Assembly: GCF_009914755.1 (NCBI RefSeq)
Contig: NC_060934.1
Length of the DNA: 64,000 nucleotides
DNA from: the human T2T-CHM13v2.0 reference genome, Homo sapiens
Reading direction: 5' to 3' (one strand)
Notes under the pieces: model-generated
The model's database searches: none
The model's input: only the letters and a program-made list of their open reading frames with translations
What the model was told of the DNA's origin: nothing
Position numbers and translations under genes: made by a program
In this document: positions 47,597-59,729 of the stretch, piece by piece
How the letters are laid out: every line of letters starts with the position of its first letter
How positions within the stretch are numbered: position 1 is the first letter of the stretch

Positions 47597-50362
47597 TTCT
47601 ATTTTATTTTATTTTGTACTATTACTTTTTTTAACTTTTATTTTGGGTTCAGGGGTACATGTGCAGGTTTGTTACCTGGGTAAACTACATGTCATGAGGG
47701 TTTGATGTAGAGATTATTTCATCACCCAGGGAATAAGCATAGTACCTGATACGTAGTTTTTCAATCCTCACCCTCCTCCCATCCTCCACCTTCAAGTAGT
47801 CACTGGTGTCTTTTGTTTCTTCTTTGTGTTCATATGTACTCAGTGTTTAGTTTGCCACTTATAAGGGAGGATATGTGATGATTAGTTTTCTGTTCCTGTG
47901 TCAGTTTGCTTTGGATAGTGGCCTCCAGCTCCATCCATGTTGCTGCAGAGAACATGATCTCATCCCATTACTGGCTATATACCCAAAGGATTATAAAACA
48001 TGCTGCTATAAAGACACATGCACACGTATGTTTATTGCAGCACTATTCACAATAGCAAAGACTTGGAACCAATCCAAATGTCCAACAACGATAGACTGGA
48101 TTAAGAAAATGTGGCACATATACACCATGGAATACAATGCAGCCATAAAACCTGATGAGTTCATGTCCTTTGTAGGGACATGGATGAAGCTGGAAACCAT
48201 CATTCTCAGCAAACTATCGCAAGGACAAAAAACCAAACACCGCATGTTCTCACTCATAGGTGGGAGTTGAACAATGAGAACACATGGACACAGGAAGGGG
48301 AACATCACACACTGGGTCCTGTTGTGGGGTGGGGGGAGGGGGGAGGGATAGCATTAGGAGATATACCTAATGTTAAATGATGAGTCATTGGGTGCAGCAC
48401 ACCAACATGGCACATGTATACATATGTAACAAACCTGCACGTTGTGCACATGTACCCTAAAATTTAAAGTATAATAAAAAAAAAGAACATGATCTCATTC
48501 TTTTTTATGGCTGTGTAGTATTACATGGTGTATATGTACCACATTTTCTTTATCCAGTCTAACATTGATGGGCATTTAAGTTGATTCCATATCTTTGCTA
48601 TTGTGAATACAACTGCAATAAACATACGCATGCATGTGTCTTTAAAGTAGAATGATTTATATTCCTTGGGGTATATTCTTCATAATGGGATTGTTGGCTC
48701 GAAAGGTAATCCTGTTTTAAGTTCTGTGAGAAATTGCCAAACTGTTTTCCACAATGGCTGAATTAATTTACATTCCCACAAGCAGTGTATATGCATGCAT
48801 TCCCTTTTCTCTGCAACCTCGCCAGCATCTGTTATTTTTTTAGTTTTTATTAATAGCCATTCTGACTGATGTGAGGTGGTATCTCATCATGGTTTTGATT
48901 TGCATTTTTCTAATGATTAGTGATAGTGAGAATTTTTCATATGCTTGTTGACCACATGTATGTCTTCTTTTGAAAACTGATTATGGGATTTCTGGGTTGA
49001 ATGGTAATTCTGTTTTAAATTCCTTGAGAAATTGCCATACTGCTTTCCACAATGGCTGAACTAATTTACATTCCCAGAATGTCCTATTTCTAGAATGGTA
49101 TTTCCTAGGTTATCTTCCAGGGATTTTATAGTTTTAGGTTCCATATACCTCTTGCATTGATTTTGGTATATAGTGAAAGGATGGGGTTCCATTTCAATTT
49201 TCTGCATATGGCTAGCCAGTTATCCCAGAACCATTTATTGAATAGGGAGTACTTTCCCCATTGCTTGTTTTGTCCACATTGTCAAAGATCAGGATGGTTG
49301 TAGGTGTGTGACATCATTTCTGGGCTCTCTATTCTGTTCCATTGGTCTATGTATCTGCTTTTGTACCACTACCATGCTGTTTTGGTTACTATAGCTTTAT
49401 AGTACAGTTTGAAGTCAGGTAATGTGATGCTTCCAGTGTTGTTCTTTTTCCTTAGGGTTGCCTTTGCTATTTGGGTTCATTTTTGGTTTCATATCAATTT
49501 TAAAATGGACTTTTCTAGTTATGTGAATAATGCTATTGTTAGTTTAATAGGAATCACATTAAATCTGTAAATTGCTTTAGTAAGTATGGCCATTTTAACA
49601 ATATTGATTCTTTCTATCCATGATCATACGATGTTTTTCTATTTGTTTGTGTCATCTCTGACCTCTTTGAGTAATGTTCTTTAATTCTCATTGTAGAGCT
49701 ATTTCACCTCCCTTGTTAGTTATATTGATAGGTATTTTATTCTTTTTGTGGCCATTGTTAATGGGATTACATTACTGATTGGCTCTCAGCTTGATGTTGT
49801 TATACAGGAATGCTACTGATTTTTGTACATTGATATCGTTTATTCTGAAACTTTGGTGAAGTTTTCTATCAGATCAGGGATGTTTTGGGCAGACACTATG
49901 AAGTTTTCTAAGTATAGAATCATATTTTCTGCAGGACTGCATGTTCTAACTCTGGGGAGGTGGTATTGGTCCCCTGGCTTTGTTCTCTGGCCCCTCATGG
50001 TTGGGAACCTTTCTAACTCTGTGGAGCTGGTATTGGTCCCCAAGCTTGGTTCTCTGACCCCTCAAGGTTGGGAACCTGCTGTGCTGGCAGGATCTAGGTG
50101 TTCCAAGACTGTTGGCCACAGCACTACGATGGGTTGTAAAAGCCAAAACACTTCACTGGGCAGTGGCAGTGAGATCCATGTTTGTTTGCTTACATCAACA
50201 ACAGTGGCAGCGTGGTGGGTTGTACACTCATCGGCTAGGGTAGGGCACTGGTGGGCCAGGGGCTGCCAGCCTCTTTGTGGGCATTGACAGGAGCAGTGAC
50301 AGTGCTGGAGGGGGGAGGGGGCTGGGGCCACTGGGGTTCATGTGCACCTTTGCACCTGCAGC
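47597..50362 (-). mobile_element. L1PA15/16-like LINE-1 (3' end plus ORF2 to the RT motif, fused to 5'UTR sequence), interrupted by a younger L1
   Basis: 3'UTR at 47625-47960; ORF2 antisense at 48499-49933 (AENMILYLEN is the decayed ADDMILYLEN); GC-rich L1 5'UTR-type sequence at 49934-50362. Confidence 0.8.
47964..48483 (+). mobile_element. 5'-truncated L1PA4-like insertion, 15-bp TSD agaacatgatctcat
   Basis: ORF2 C-terminus (..[10 protein letters not shown]), 3'UTR with G-tract, poly-A; TSD at 47949-47963 and 48484-48498. Confidence 0.93.
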
Positions 50363-51074
50363 TTTATTTTATATTTCTATCTTATAAAAACTTAAATCAC
50401 TAAGCCACTTGCCCAAGGTCACATAGCTACTAATTAATGAGTCAAAATTTAAAACTTTACCTGTTTATATAAATAAAAGTTGGTTGAATGAATGAATAAC
50501 TACACGGGTAGACATTTTATGAGTTGTTTAATTTCCTTGTAATACTTTCTCTTGCCTTAAAGAAAATTTGGAAAAATTCCAAATTAATCTTAAGAACTTT
50601 CTTGTTTTTGGACTTTTCCCATAAATAAAATCAGAGAAAAGTTTCCACAGAAATATATAATTTTTCATGCTTCACTGGTATAGATATAGTTAAAAATTTC
50701 GTAGTACAAGTATTTGTAAACTCTATGTTTAAACTACCCTGTCTGGACTATTATGTATGAGTGATTTCTGGGAAGTGCTTGCTTCTGACCTCTTGAGGTT
50801 TCAAGCAATAATACCCATTAAAAAACAAGGTTGAAACTCCTGACCTTGGATTCACTTCAATATAGTTAAAATATCTTAGCCATGAGATCCAAGCAAGGGT
50901 GGAATAATCACTCGAATGGAGGAAAAGAAAAAAGAGAAAAAAGCAACAGCAGCAAACAACGGTAACATCAATAAAACTCAATATATAGCATAAACATGCA
51001 GCTAAAAAATACTAAGATAAACCATAATGCTTTAGTGTAATACAACAACCGATTTTTTTAAAGGTGTATTTTAA

Positions 51075-51290
51075 GAGGCAATATAGCTTCATGATTCAGA
51101 GCACAGATGCCATAACAAACCTGCCCCTTGTGGACACATGACCTTGGGCAGTTACTTATCCTACATGCAACATATTGAAATGGGGGTGATAATTTTTCTT
51201 AATGCATAGCGTTGTTAAGAAAATTAAATGTTAAGATATGCATAGTGTTTTAAAGAGTGGCTAGCATAAACTATTAAAAACATATTTATC
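51075..51290 (+). mobile_element. MIR
   Basis: gaggcaatatagc..agagcacaga..tgaccttgggcagttactt..aaatggggg..gttgttaagaaaattaaatg. Confidence 0.65.
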
Positions 51291-52814
51291 ATCACTAGTA
51301 TTATTTTGTTTAACTTCAAAGTCACCAGATCCTAATAGGAATGTAAAAAATATGCAGAATTGTAGCACGAAGGGGAGAAGGGAGGCAGCATTTTTCAGGG
51401 GAGCTCTGTTGGTTTTGCCTCAAGGAACATATGTGCAAATGATGCTTGAGGGACATACAAATTTGTATGATAATAAATTGCCTCCAAAGAAGAAAATAAC
51501 AAGTCTACCAGTTAGATTTTATAAATGCCCATCAATGATAATCAGTATATCAGTATAACTCCAAGAAACAAGATGAGAGCAATTGTCCCTTAAATTTCAC
51601 ACTGTAGGTACCTTACTTGGTTTACCCTACTTCTGGCCTTTTGATAAAAGATGCAAAGAAAACACATAGTGGATCTCTGGGGATTCCCAACTGTTAAAAC
51701 ATCCTCCTGTTCTCTAAAGGAACTATGAAAACAAATCCTTGTGAATAATTTCATGCTGTGGTGTTTTCTGTATATTTTAAGGTTTATTTCAGGAATTTGT
51801 GGAAATTGAAAAAATGACAGTTGATACATGCTGCTTGCATTATATTTTAAGAAATCTTCCCTGCTTTTGCTATATTTGCTAGACATAGTGGTTCTAAATA
51901 TAACTGCCTGGACAAAGTGTTGAACTGCAGAGGTAACACACATGAGAATAATATTCCTACTCTAGACAGACTTCTCCCATTCTCCTATATTTTTTCATTA
52001 GTGATTTCCTTCAAATTATTACTGATCAGTAATCTTGACTGGGAGGTATATATTTATCTTTATAAAATGTCATAAATTATTGGAGAGGAAATTCTATTTT
52101 ATTTGATACAAATAGTATTTTGTTCCATAGTTAAAACCAAATATATTGTGCTATTTCAACATTTTTATTAGGAAATCACCTTTTGAAGAACTGTTCAATC
52201 TAAAGGGACATAAAAAACTCAATGTTGCTTCACATGATAACTGTAAAACCAAAGAGCAGGTAAAAGAGGTAGGCAAACCTTGAAGAAATATAAGGAGACA
52301 CTTTCTAAAATTGGAGTTGTTAAGGAGTAAGAGTAAAATTAGCTACCTTTTGCCAAACACATGCAATGCACCAAATACTGTGTTAAGAGCTTTGTTATCT
52401 TATTCCAACAGTTCAGAAACCTACATCATATGTATTATTAGTATTTTTCTCTTACAAATGGAAAAAAGTTAAGGCTTAAAGTAAATTATGTTTCTCCAAA
52501 GCCTTATTCTTTACATACTATATGCAGGATGCTACCAAAGCCACTGGGACAATGCAAAACTTTATCTCCTAGAGCTTAGATATAATGTATTAGACATATG
52601 GGGGTGAGAGGTGGGGAGGTCACTGACAACTGAAAAGAAAATTGATGACAAGAAAGTGGAGCTTTGTAAGATCAGTATGAAGAAATAATGGAAAGAAATA
52701 AATCTTGGGCTGAACCTGGGCATTCTCAAGGCAGATGAATGATGAAGAAGGAATTTAAAAATTAAAAAAAGAACGTCTATTCTATTTTGATTTCTACAAC
52801 AAAACTGTTAATAG

Positions 52815-53190
52815 CAAGCATTGATTCAAAGACTGTGCACATGGCACCACACTAAGTATTTTGCATGCATTATTTCAGAAACATCATACCCTGTTGGTAG
52901 GTACTATTATTATTCTCACTTTGCCAGTGAAAAAACTAAGGTTTTTTATACAAGGTACACATCCAGTCTATACAGTTATTAAGTGATGAATTCTAGGTCA
53001 AAGCCAGGTCTATTCATTTACAGAGCTTATCTATGCAGTCAATTATCCAGCTATATTCTATTATTTTATATTCTTGCATTATTTTGATTCTCACAAAAAC
53101 CTTACGAGATACACATTGATGAATGCAAAACCTAAGACTCAGAAAGGTTAAGGAACAACCCTAGGTCACATGCCTAGTATTCGAACCCAA
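52815..53190 (-). mobile_element. MIR fragments (two)
   Basis: actgtgcacatggcac..ggtaggtactattattattctcacttt; actcagaaaggttaagg..aggtcaca..ttcgaaccca. Confidence 0.55.
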
Positions 53191-53873
53191 ATTGGATTAT
53201 ATTGATGGTCAAAGGTAAATGAAACATGCACTAAAAATTAAGTACTTTTAAAGCAAACAATTTCCTAAAGAAAAGTGCCTAATCTTTGTTCTTTGGTGAA
53301 AGAATATTGTCAGTTTTAAATCACATAAAATACTTTTTTGGGATGCTTCCAATACTGAACAGTTGTTTGTTTCTCACTAAGATCATTTGATATTTATCAT
53401 CTGAGAACTTATTGATGAGTTCAATGAGAACATCATTTATGAAATGAGATAATTAGTGAATATTTAGTTGTTTTTATTCCAAAAGAAAAAAAACAATAAT
53501 TAAAAGACTTACACAGGAAATTATAGTGTGTTTCTAAAATTGATTTCATATTAATTGTATTAATGATTTCCATCTGAGAGCCTGCCACAGACTATCAACT
53601 CTGCATGGGCTTATCCTACTTATTTCATATTGATTGTTGTAATAAATATATCATTCCATTACAAGAGCTAGCATCAGGGCTAATCAGAATGTCACCAAGA
53701 ATAAAAATAGGAAATGAAGAGATTATACTTGAGCAAAATGACATGATTCATCTGATATCATAAGAATCAATGAATAGTAGTAGAAGACAGATAACACCCT
53801 TTGTTACTGTTGTTGGCAAGGATTTTTCTTGTGCTCATCAAACGGATTTTTTTTTCTTTTCTTTTTTTGGAAC

Positions 53874-53987
53874 ATGGAAGAATCGGAGAATTTTGTGCAG
53901 CACGTTCTGCTGCGGCTGACAAATGGATCGAGAGTTAGCTTCCTATACCAGGATGATAATTGGCTTAGAACTTCTCTATTAATAGCA
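53874..53987 (+). other. Candidate coding exon or conserved non-coding element (MEESENFVQHVLLRLTNGSRVSFLYQDDNWLRTSLLIA)
   Basis: Kozak aacATGg, 38 open codons, GCA|GTAAGT phase-0 donor, locally retained CpGs, no repeat similarity. The peptide is not recognised. Confidence 0.3.
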
Positions 53988-54533
53988 GTAAGTCTGGCCA
54001 GAGATTGATGTAGGCACTTCACCCAACATTTCCTTTACTTCTGTTTTTCTTATAGGTGTAGGGCTTTTTTCCTTTCCTTGTTTTTGTGGTTAAATTAAAA
54101 TATCAAGTTGTATATTTCAAAATGAGGATATATTATATATAACTTTAAAGTTCTTTTAAACAATTTTAAAAAAGGTTTAAAACAGAAATTAAGAGAAAGG
54201 TATTTTCTTTATAAATTAATATTACCATATCCCAAATGTATTTGAGAAATGGCAGTGCATCCAAGTTGTCATTTTCCGTCCTACAACTGTGGCAGACATG
54301 TAATGGATTTTTGTACTCATTTTCTTTTGAGGCTGGGCAAGGTAGTCACTCCCAAATTACTAACACTGGCTTGGTAAATGGATCTCATTTACCATCCCTG
54401 TTCAAAGCGGTGCTGCTGTATTCCAAACACATACTTGTCCTGAGATAATTACATAGCAAAATTTTGGATTGTGAAATCTTAAGGTGAAAAACAGATTACC
54501 AGTGAAATTTGAAAATAATATAGAATCATTAAC

Positions 54534-54632
54534 TTTTTTTTTTGTTTTTTGACTGAGTCTCGCTCTGTAGCCCAGATTGGAGTGCAGTGGTGTGATCTCG
54601 GCTCACTGCAACCTCTGCCTCCTGGGTTCAAG
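54534..54632 (-). mobile_element. 5'-truncated Alu (end of right arm) with TSD
   Basis: T tail plus gagtctcgctctgt..ctcctgggttcaag; flanks agaatcattaacttttt / agaattactaacttttt. Confidence 0.9.
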
Positions 54633-55559
54633 AGAGAATTACTAACTTTTTATATCAACTCAGAAGGTTTTCTTTTCTACATGTCAAACTAAACAAGTCT
54701 TATGACCCTTCCTATTGCTGAAACATAGATTCAAAGACAAAAACAAGAAACCAAACAAAAAAGAGAAACCTAGGTAGCTGCAGCAAACATTTTGCATGGG
54801 TACTCCATATATTGTAGGCATTCAATGGCTTACTATCAACTATTTGTGCTGCTGAGGAATGAGAGTATATTTGAAAACAATATCTTCCAAAGAAGTCAAT
54901 TATCAAATGCTTAATATTAAAAGTAAGAAAATGTATAAAATGTAAGGCTCTGTAATAACTACCTGAAGCAGAAATGGACTTACAGATACACAAGGCAACA
55001 AACTATACTGTAGTAGAGTAGTTGAGGAAAATCAAGTGTAGCAGCAACAAAAACAGGCACCAATATCAGAAATGCCAATTTAAAAAATAATTATTATTTA
55101 TAAATAAAGAGGTAAAAATGTATATACTTCTCTTTTCAAGAGTAAATTTAGCCTTTTCAGCAACTATTATTATTTTTCCTTCCTTTATAACTTTCTGAGT
55201 TATAAAAGACCATGAAATGTCATGGCCTCTACCTGATTGTTACAATCAGATTCTGCAGTTCAGGCTGAGCAAGTACAAGTCAACAATTCCTCAAGAACAA
55301 TGATTCTTTGAATACCGTTGTCTTACACAAATACCAGTAAAGGTAGAATTGGTATAAGAAGCTGGTGGGAACTAAATTAGATAGAGAAATATGAAATGAG
55401 AATGAGAGTCTTGAAACCTGAAATCTGAGCAAATACAAAAAAAAATATGAGGTCTTTCTGCAATTCCTAGTAATAGAAAGTCCTTTGATTTCTTTCTTGT
55501 CATTTTAATTTAGAAAATATAACACTTGCAGTTATTAGTACTGACTCAGGAAAAACACT

Positions 55560-55765
55560 AAAATGATTTGAAACCTAGCTTCTCTTAAAAGTTCTATGAT
55601 TTTAGATGAATTATTCAAATTTTCTGATTTTTAATTTATTTATTTTTAGTGTGAGAAATAATAGTGCTTAACTCATAAGGTTGTTATAAGGGTTAAATGA
55701 GGTTAATATGGCACATGCTGAGCAAAATATCTGGCATGTAATTAAATGCTCAATAAATGTTAGCT
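55560..55765 (+). mobile_element. MIR
   Basis: tttgaaacctagcttc..aataatagtgc..ctcataaggttgttataagggttaaatga..tgctcaataaatgttagc. Confidence 0.7.
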
Positions 55766-56189
55766 GATACAGATGTTAATACTTCTGTGCACAACTTGCA
55801 CTAGCTTCTCCTCATTCTGTCTGATCCTACATCCTCTCCCTCCTCATCCTCTTAGCTCTTGGAGTCCTGAATCTCTCCTGTAATTATAATACATTTTCAA
55901 TCTCTTCTTCAGTCCTCGGTTTTCTCTGGTGACTCAGGCTCCCTTTGACATCTGTTTGTTTTGTGCCTTGTTCCATATTCAATCTCTCCTAGTTGCATAC
56001 TGTTCCCAGATTGTCATCTACCCACATAGCTCCACTCCCTCCCTAGCAGGAAGCCTATGCCTTCTCTTTCTGCACCTTGTGTGTGTATGGACATGGCCCT
56101 GATCCATGTCCATAGAACCTAGAACACAGATTATTTCATAGATAGAACCACCATGACGACAGAGGAGGCTACTTATAGTATAACAACTT

Positions 56190-57850
56190 AGTTAAAAAAG
56201 AAAAAAATAATAATATACTGAACTATGTTATAATAGCAACTGCAGCAATAAAATTTAAACCTGAAAGTAGCGAATGTTAATTTATCTCTTGCTTGGATTT
56301 CATGGCCATCTTGGGATGGCAGAGGGCTCTGCTTGATATTGTTCTAATCAAGGATTAGATTAGGTTGTCAGAGGGCCATGCTTTGTATTGTTCTAATCAA
56401 GGATCCAGGCTGATAAAGCACTCCTATTTGGAACTTTAGTTGTTGCCATGTTTAGTAAAGGAGCTGCAGACCGGTGCTGTTCCTATTCAGCCAACTGGAC
56501 CCCTTCCTTACACCTTTTACAAAAATCAACTCAAGATGGATCAAAGACTTAAACGTAAGTCCTAGGACCATAAAAATCCTAGAAGAAAACCTGGGCAATA
56601 CCATTCAGGACATAGGCATGGTCAAAGACTTCATGTCTAAAACACCAAAAGCAATGGCAACAAAAGTCAAAATTGACAAATGGGATCTAATTAAACTAAA
56701 GAGCTTCTGCATAGCACAAGAAACTATTATCAGAGAGAACAGGCAACCTACAGAATGGGAGAAAAATTTTGCAATCTATCCATCTGACAAAGGGCTAATA
56801 TCCAGAATCTACAAAGAACTTAAAGAAATTTACAAGCAATAATCAAACAACCCCATCAAAAAATGGGCAAAGGATATGAACAGACACTTCTCAAAAGCAG
56901 ACATTTATGTAGCCAACTGACATGTGAAAAAATGTTCACCATCACTTGTCATTAGAGAAATGCAAATCCAAAACCACAATGAGATACCATCTCACACCAG
57001 TTAGAATGGCGATCATTATAAAGTTAGGAAAAAACAGATGCTGTTGTGGAAAAATAGGAACGCTCTTACACTGTTGGTGGGAGTGTAAATTAGTTTAACC
57101 ATTGTGGTAGACAGTGTGGTGGTTCCTGAAGGATCTATAATTGGAAATACCATTTAACCCAGCAATCCCATTACTGGACATATACCCAAAGGATTATAAA
57201 CCATTCTACTATAAACACACATGCACATGTATGTTTATTGTGGCACTATTCATAATAGCAAAGACTTGGAATCAACCCAGATTCCCATCAATGATAGACT
57301 AGATTAAGAAAATACGGCACATACACACCATGGAATACTATGCAGCCATAAAAAAGGATGAGTTCATCTCCTTTGCAGGGACATGGATGAAGCTGGAAAC
57401 CCTCATTCTCAGCAAACTATCACAAGATCATAAAACCAAACACCACATATTCTCACTCATAAGTGGGAGTTGAACAGTCGGAACACATGGAAACAGGGAG
57501 GGGAACATCACACACTGAGGCCTGTCAGGAGGTGGGGTGTCAGGGGAGGAATAACATTAGGAGAAATACCTAATGTGGGTGACAGGTTAATGGGTGCAGC
57601 AAACCACCAGGGCACATGTATACCTATGTAACAAAACTGCACGTTCTGCACATGTAACCCAGAACTTAAAGTGCATATATATATATATGAGTAAAGGAAC
57701 AGTCCTCACATACAAGTAACACAAGACATTCCATCTTACATTTTATTAGTGAGAGCAAGTCGCAAGTCCATGCCTAACTCCAAGGAATCTCAGAAGTTCT
57801 ATCCTACTATTTGTCTAGAATAATAGTAAACAGCACTAATGACTACAAAA
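56190..57850 (-). mobile_element. Old MLT1 (K/L-like) LTR, split by an L1PA7 insertion
   Basis: ggcagagggctctgc..ggatccaggctga..gttgccatg | acattttatt..agcaagtc..atgcctaact..aacagcactaatgactac. Confidence 0.5.
56463..57689 (+). mobile_element. L1PA7-like insertion, 5'-truncated and 5'-inverted, 9-bp TSD agtaaagga
   Basis: Inverted L1 5'UTR piece at 56460-56493; sense ORF2 from LDPFLTP (56494) through the 3'UTR; (TA)n tail; TSD at 56454-56462 and 57690-57698. Confidence 0.9.
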
Positions 57851-59619
57851 TTGCAAACCAATATAATAGACTATGACTCCTGAGAGCATAAAATGTATTT
57901 TATAAATCTTTACATTCACTTCCTCAAACAAAAACTTTGCCATAGTTGCTATACAATAAATTCTTCGGTAATGACTAAATAAATGATGTCATATATTGGA
58001 TCATAAAAATGAATCCAAAGTTTTATTATGCTAACAGATGCAATATATAATGTTAATAGCATTAACAGTTTTAGAAGAGCTTATTTACCCAGAATGTTTA
58101 TGTACACATTCATTTTTGCTTTGTAAATTAAAACAAATTAAAATTATTCAAATCCAACCCCGAGATTATTAAGTTTTTTTCTGAATTATTGTACCATACA
58201 AAATAATATAAAGCACTCTTGGGACTTTGCCAGAGTTTGCCATTGAGATCTTCCTCCAAAATTACTCTAGCTTTAAATTGCTTAACTTGCTATCGGAGAA
58301 CATTCATATCGAAAGCTGTTAATCATGAGCACTATAGTAATATGAAGGCATTTAATGTTTTTTCCCCTCTGTGGGAGATTAGGTGTCATGTTATCACACC
58401 ATAATCATTACTTTGAGTGCATATTTTAATTCTCTTCTCTCCACCAATACACAACTTCTCCTAAGGCTTGTAACGTAACCTCTATGTGCCTATTTCCATT
58501 TCTGGGGGAAGTTATTGTTATTGAATTTCTACTATGGCTCAATTCTAGTGGTTTTTAGACTCATACTTGACCTGATAGAATGAGTCATGAATGAACAGAA
58601 ACATGCTGAAAGTGCCATATGTGAATGTTGCAAATAATTAAGACTCAGTATTAATGAAGGGGAATTACTATGCTGTGCTATCAAAAGAAGCTTCGTGATT
58701 TAGAAATCCTGAGTATTGCTAAGCTATTATAAGAAAATAAGAACTGCAATGAAAGAGAAAAACCAAAGTACTTTTTAAAAAATTGTGTTACTAAAACAGT
58801 TTATAGAAAATAAAAATAAACACTTTAAATGCAAACTTTCTATGATCATCTCTATGTTCTAACCCTTTATTTTGATGACTTAATAGTTTAACATGATATA
58901 CCTGTCACTTAAACAAAATTTCATTCTCCCTTCTGAGTAATTAGGCTACAAACAAAGCAAACAAAGCCAGCTAAACCATGAAAAATTATTGCTATTCTCT
59001 CTCTTCACAAGACTCTTTTTAAGCATTTGGAGGTAAGAAAAAGCTTTGCGCAGGAAAAACTGGAAAAGAAAATGTTTTTCTTCATTTATCTAATACTGGG
59101 TTCTTTCTTTTTCTTTACTCTATAAAGTCCTGCATTCTGCTCATCTGCCACCAAAAAAAGTCACGTTCCCCATTAAAATTTCCATGACCTTTTTTTTTTA
59201 CTTTCTGTAGATTCTACTTCCCAAATTTGTCGAAAAGTTTAAAGGTTGTTTGATGGCTGTTTTCAGTTGTTACTCTTTCCATACATTAATTTTATTAGGA
59301 AAATTTGCCATGTTAGTCTAAATATAAAACAGGATAAAGAAATGTTCAATTGTGAATTTTTGTAATTCCCTGATTTCTAAGGATGAGGTTTCCTACTTGC
59401 AGGGTAAAACCCGGAAACTTTCATGATTATGAAGAATCTGGGAAGCAAAGAAAAAGGAACACTGAACAAGGCAGAAGCTACCTGGGTCTGTATAATAAAG
59501 AGCTAAGCCAGAGAGAAACGAGGTAAGACACAAGGAATTTTGGAGAAGCTTATAGTAAAGCAGTTGCTGTGAAATATTGAGAGAGAGAGAGAGAAACAGA
59601 AAAGAGAGAGAGAAAAAGG

Positions 59620-59725
59620 AGAGAAGGTATCAGAAATCAGAGAGGGGACATCACTACAGATCCTTAAGGCATTAAAAGGTAATAATGAAACAACTGTGAA
59701 CAACTTATGGCAACAATTTTTCCAT
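59620..59725 (+). mobile_element. L1M ORF2 fragment
   Basis: agaggggacatcactacagatcct..aacaacttatg corresponds to [11 protein letters not shown]. Confidence 0.65.
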
Positions 59726-59729
59726 GGCA

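Noticed and set aside
48326-48347. G-quadruplex-capable tract (also 44585-44612, 50308-50336)
   Set aside because: Normal part of L1 UTRs.
51617-51713. Possible minus-strand exon (cctttag acceptor, gtaagg donor)
   Set aside because: Weak splice sites, no recognisable peptide, no further support.
56320-56404. 35-bp degenerate direct repeat (period 49) in MLT1
   Set aside because: Real but an ordinary small slippage duplication.
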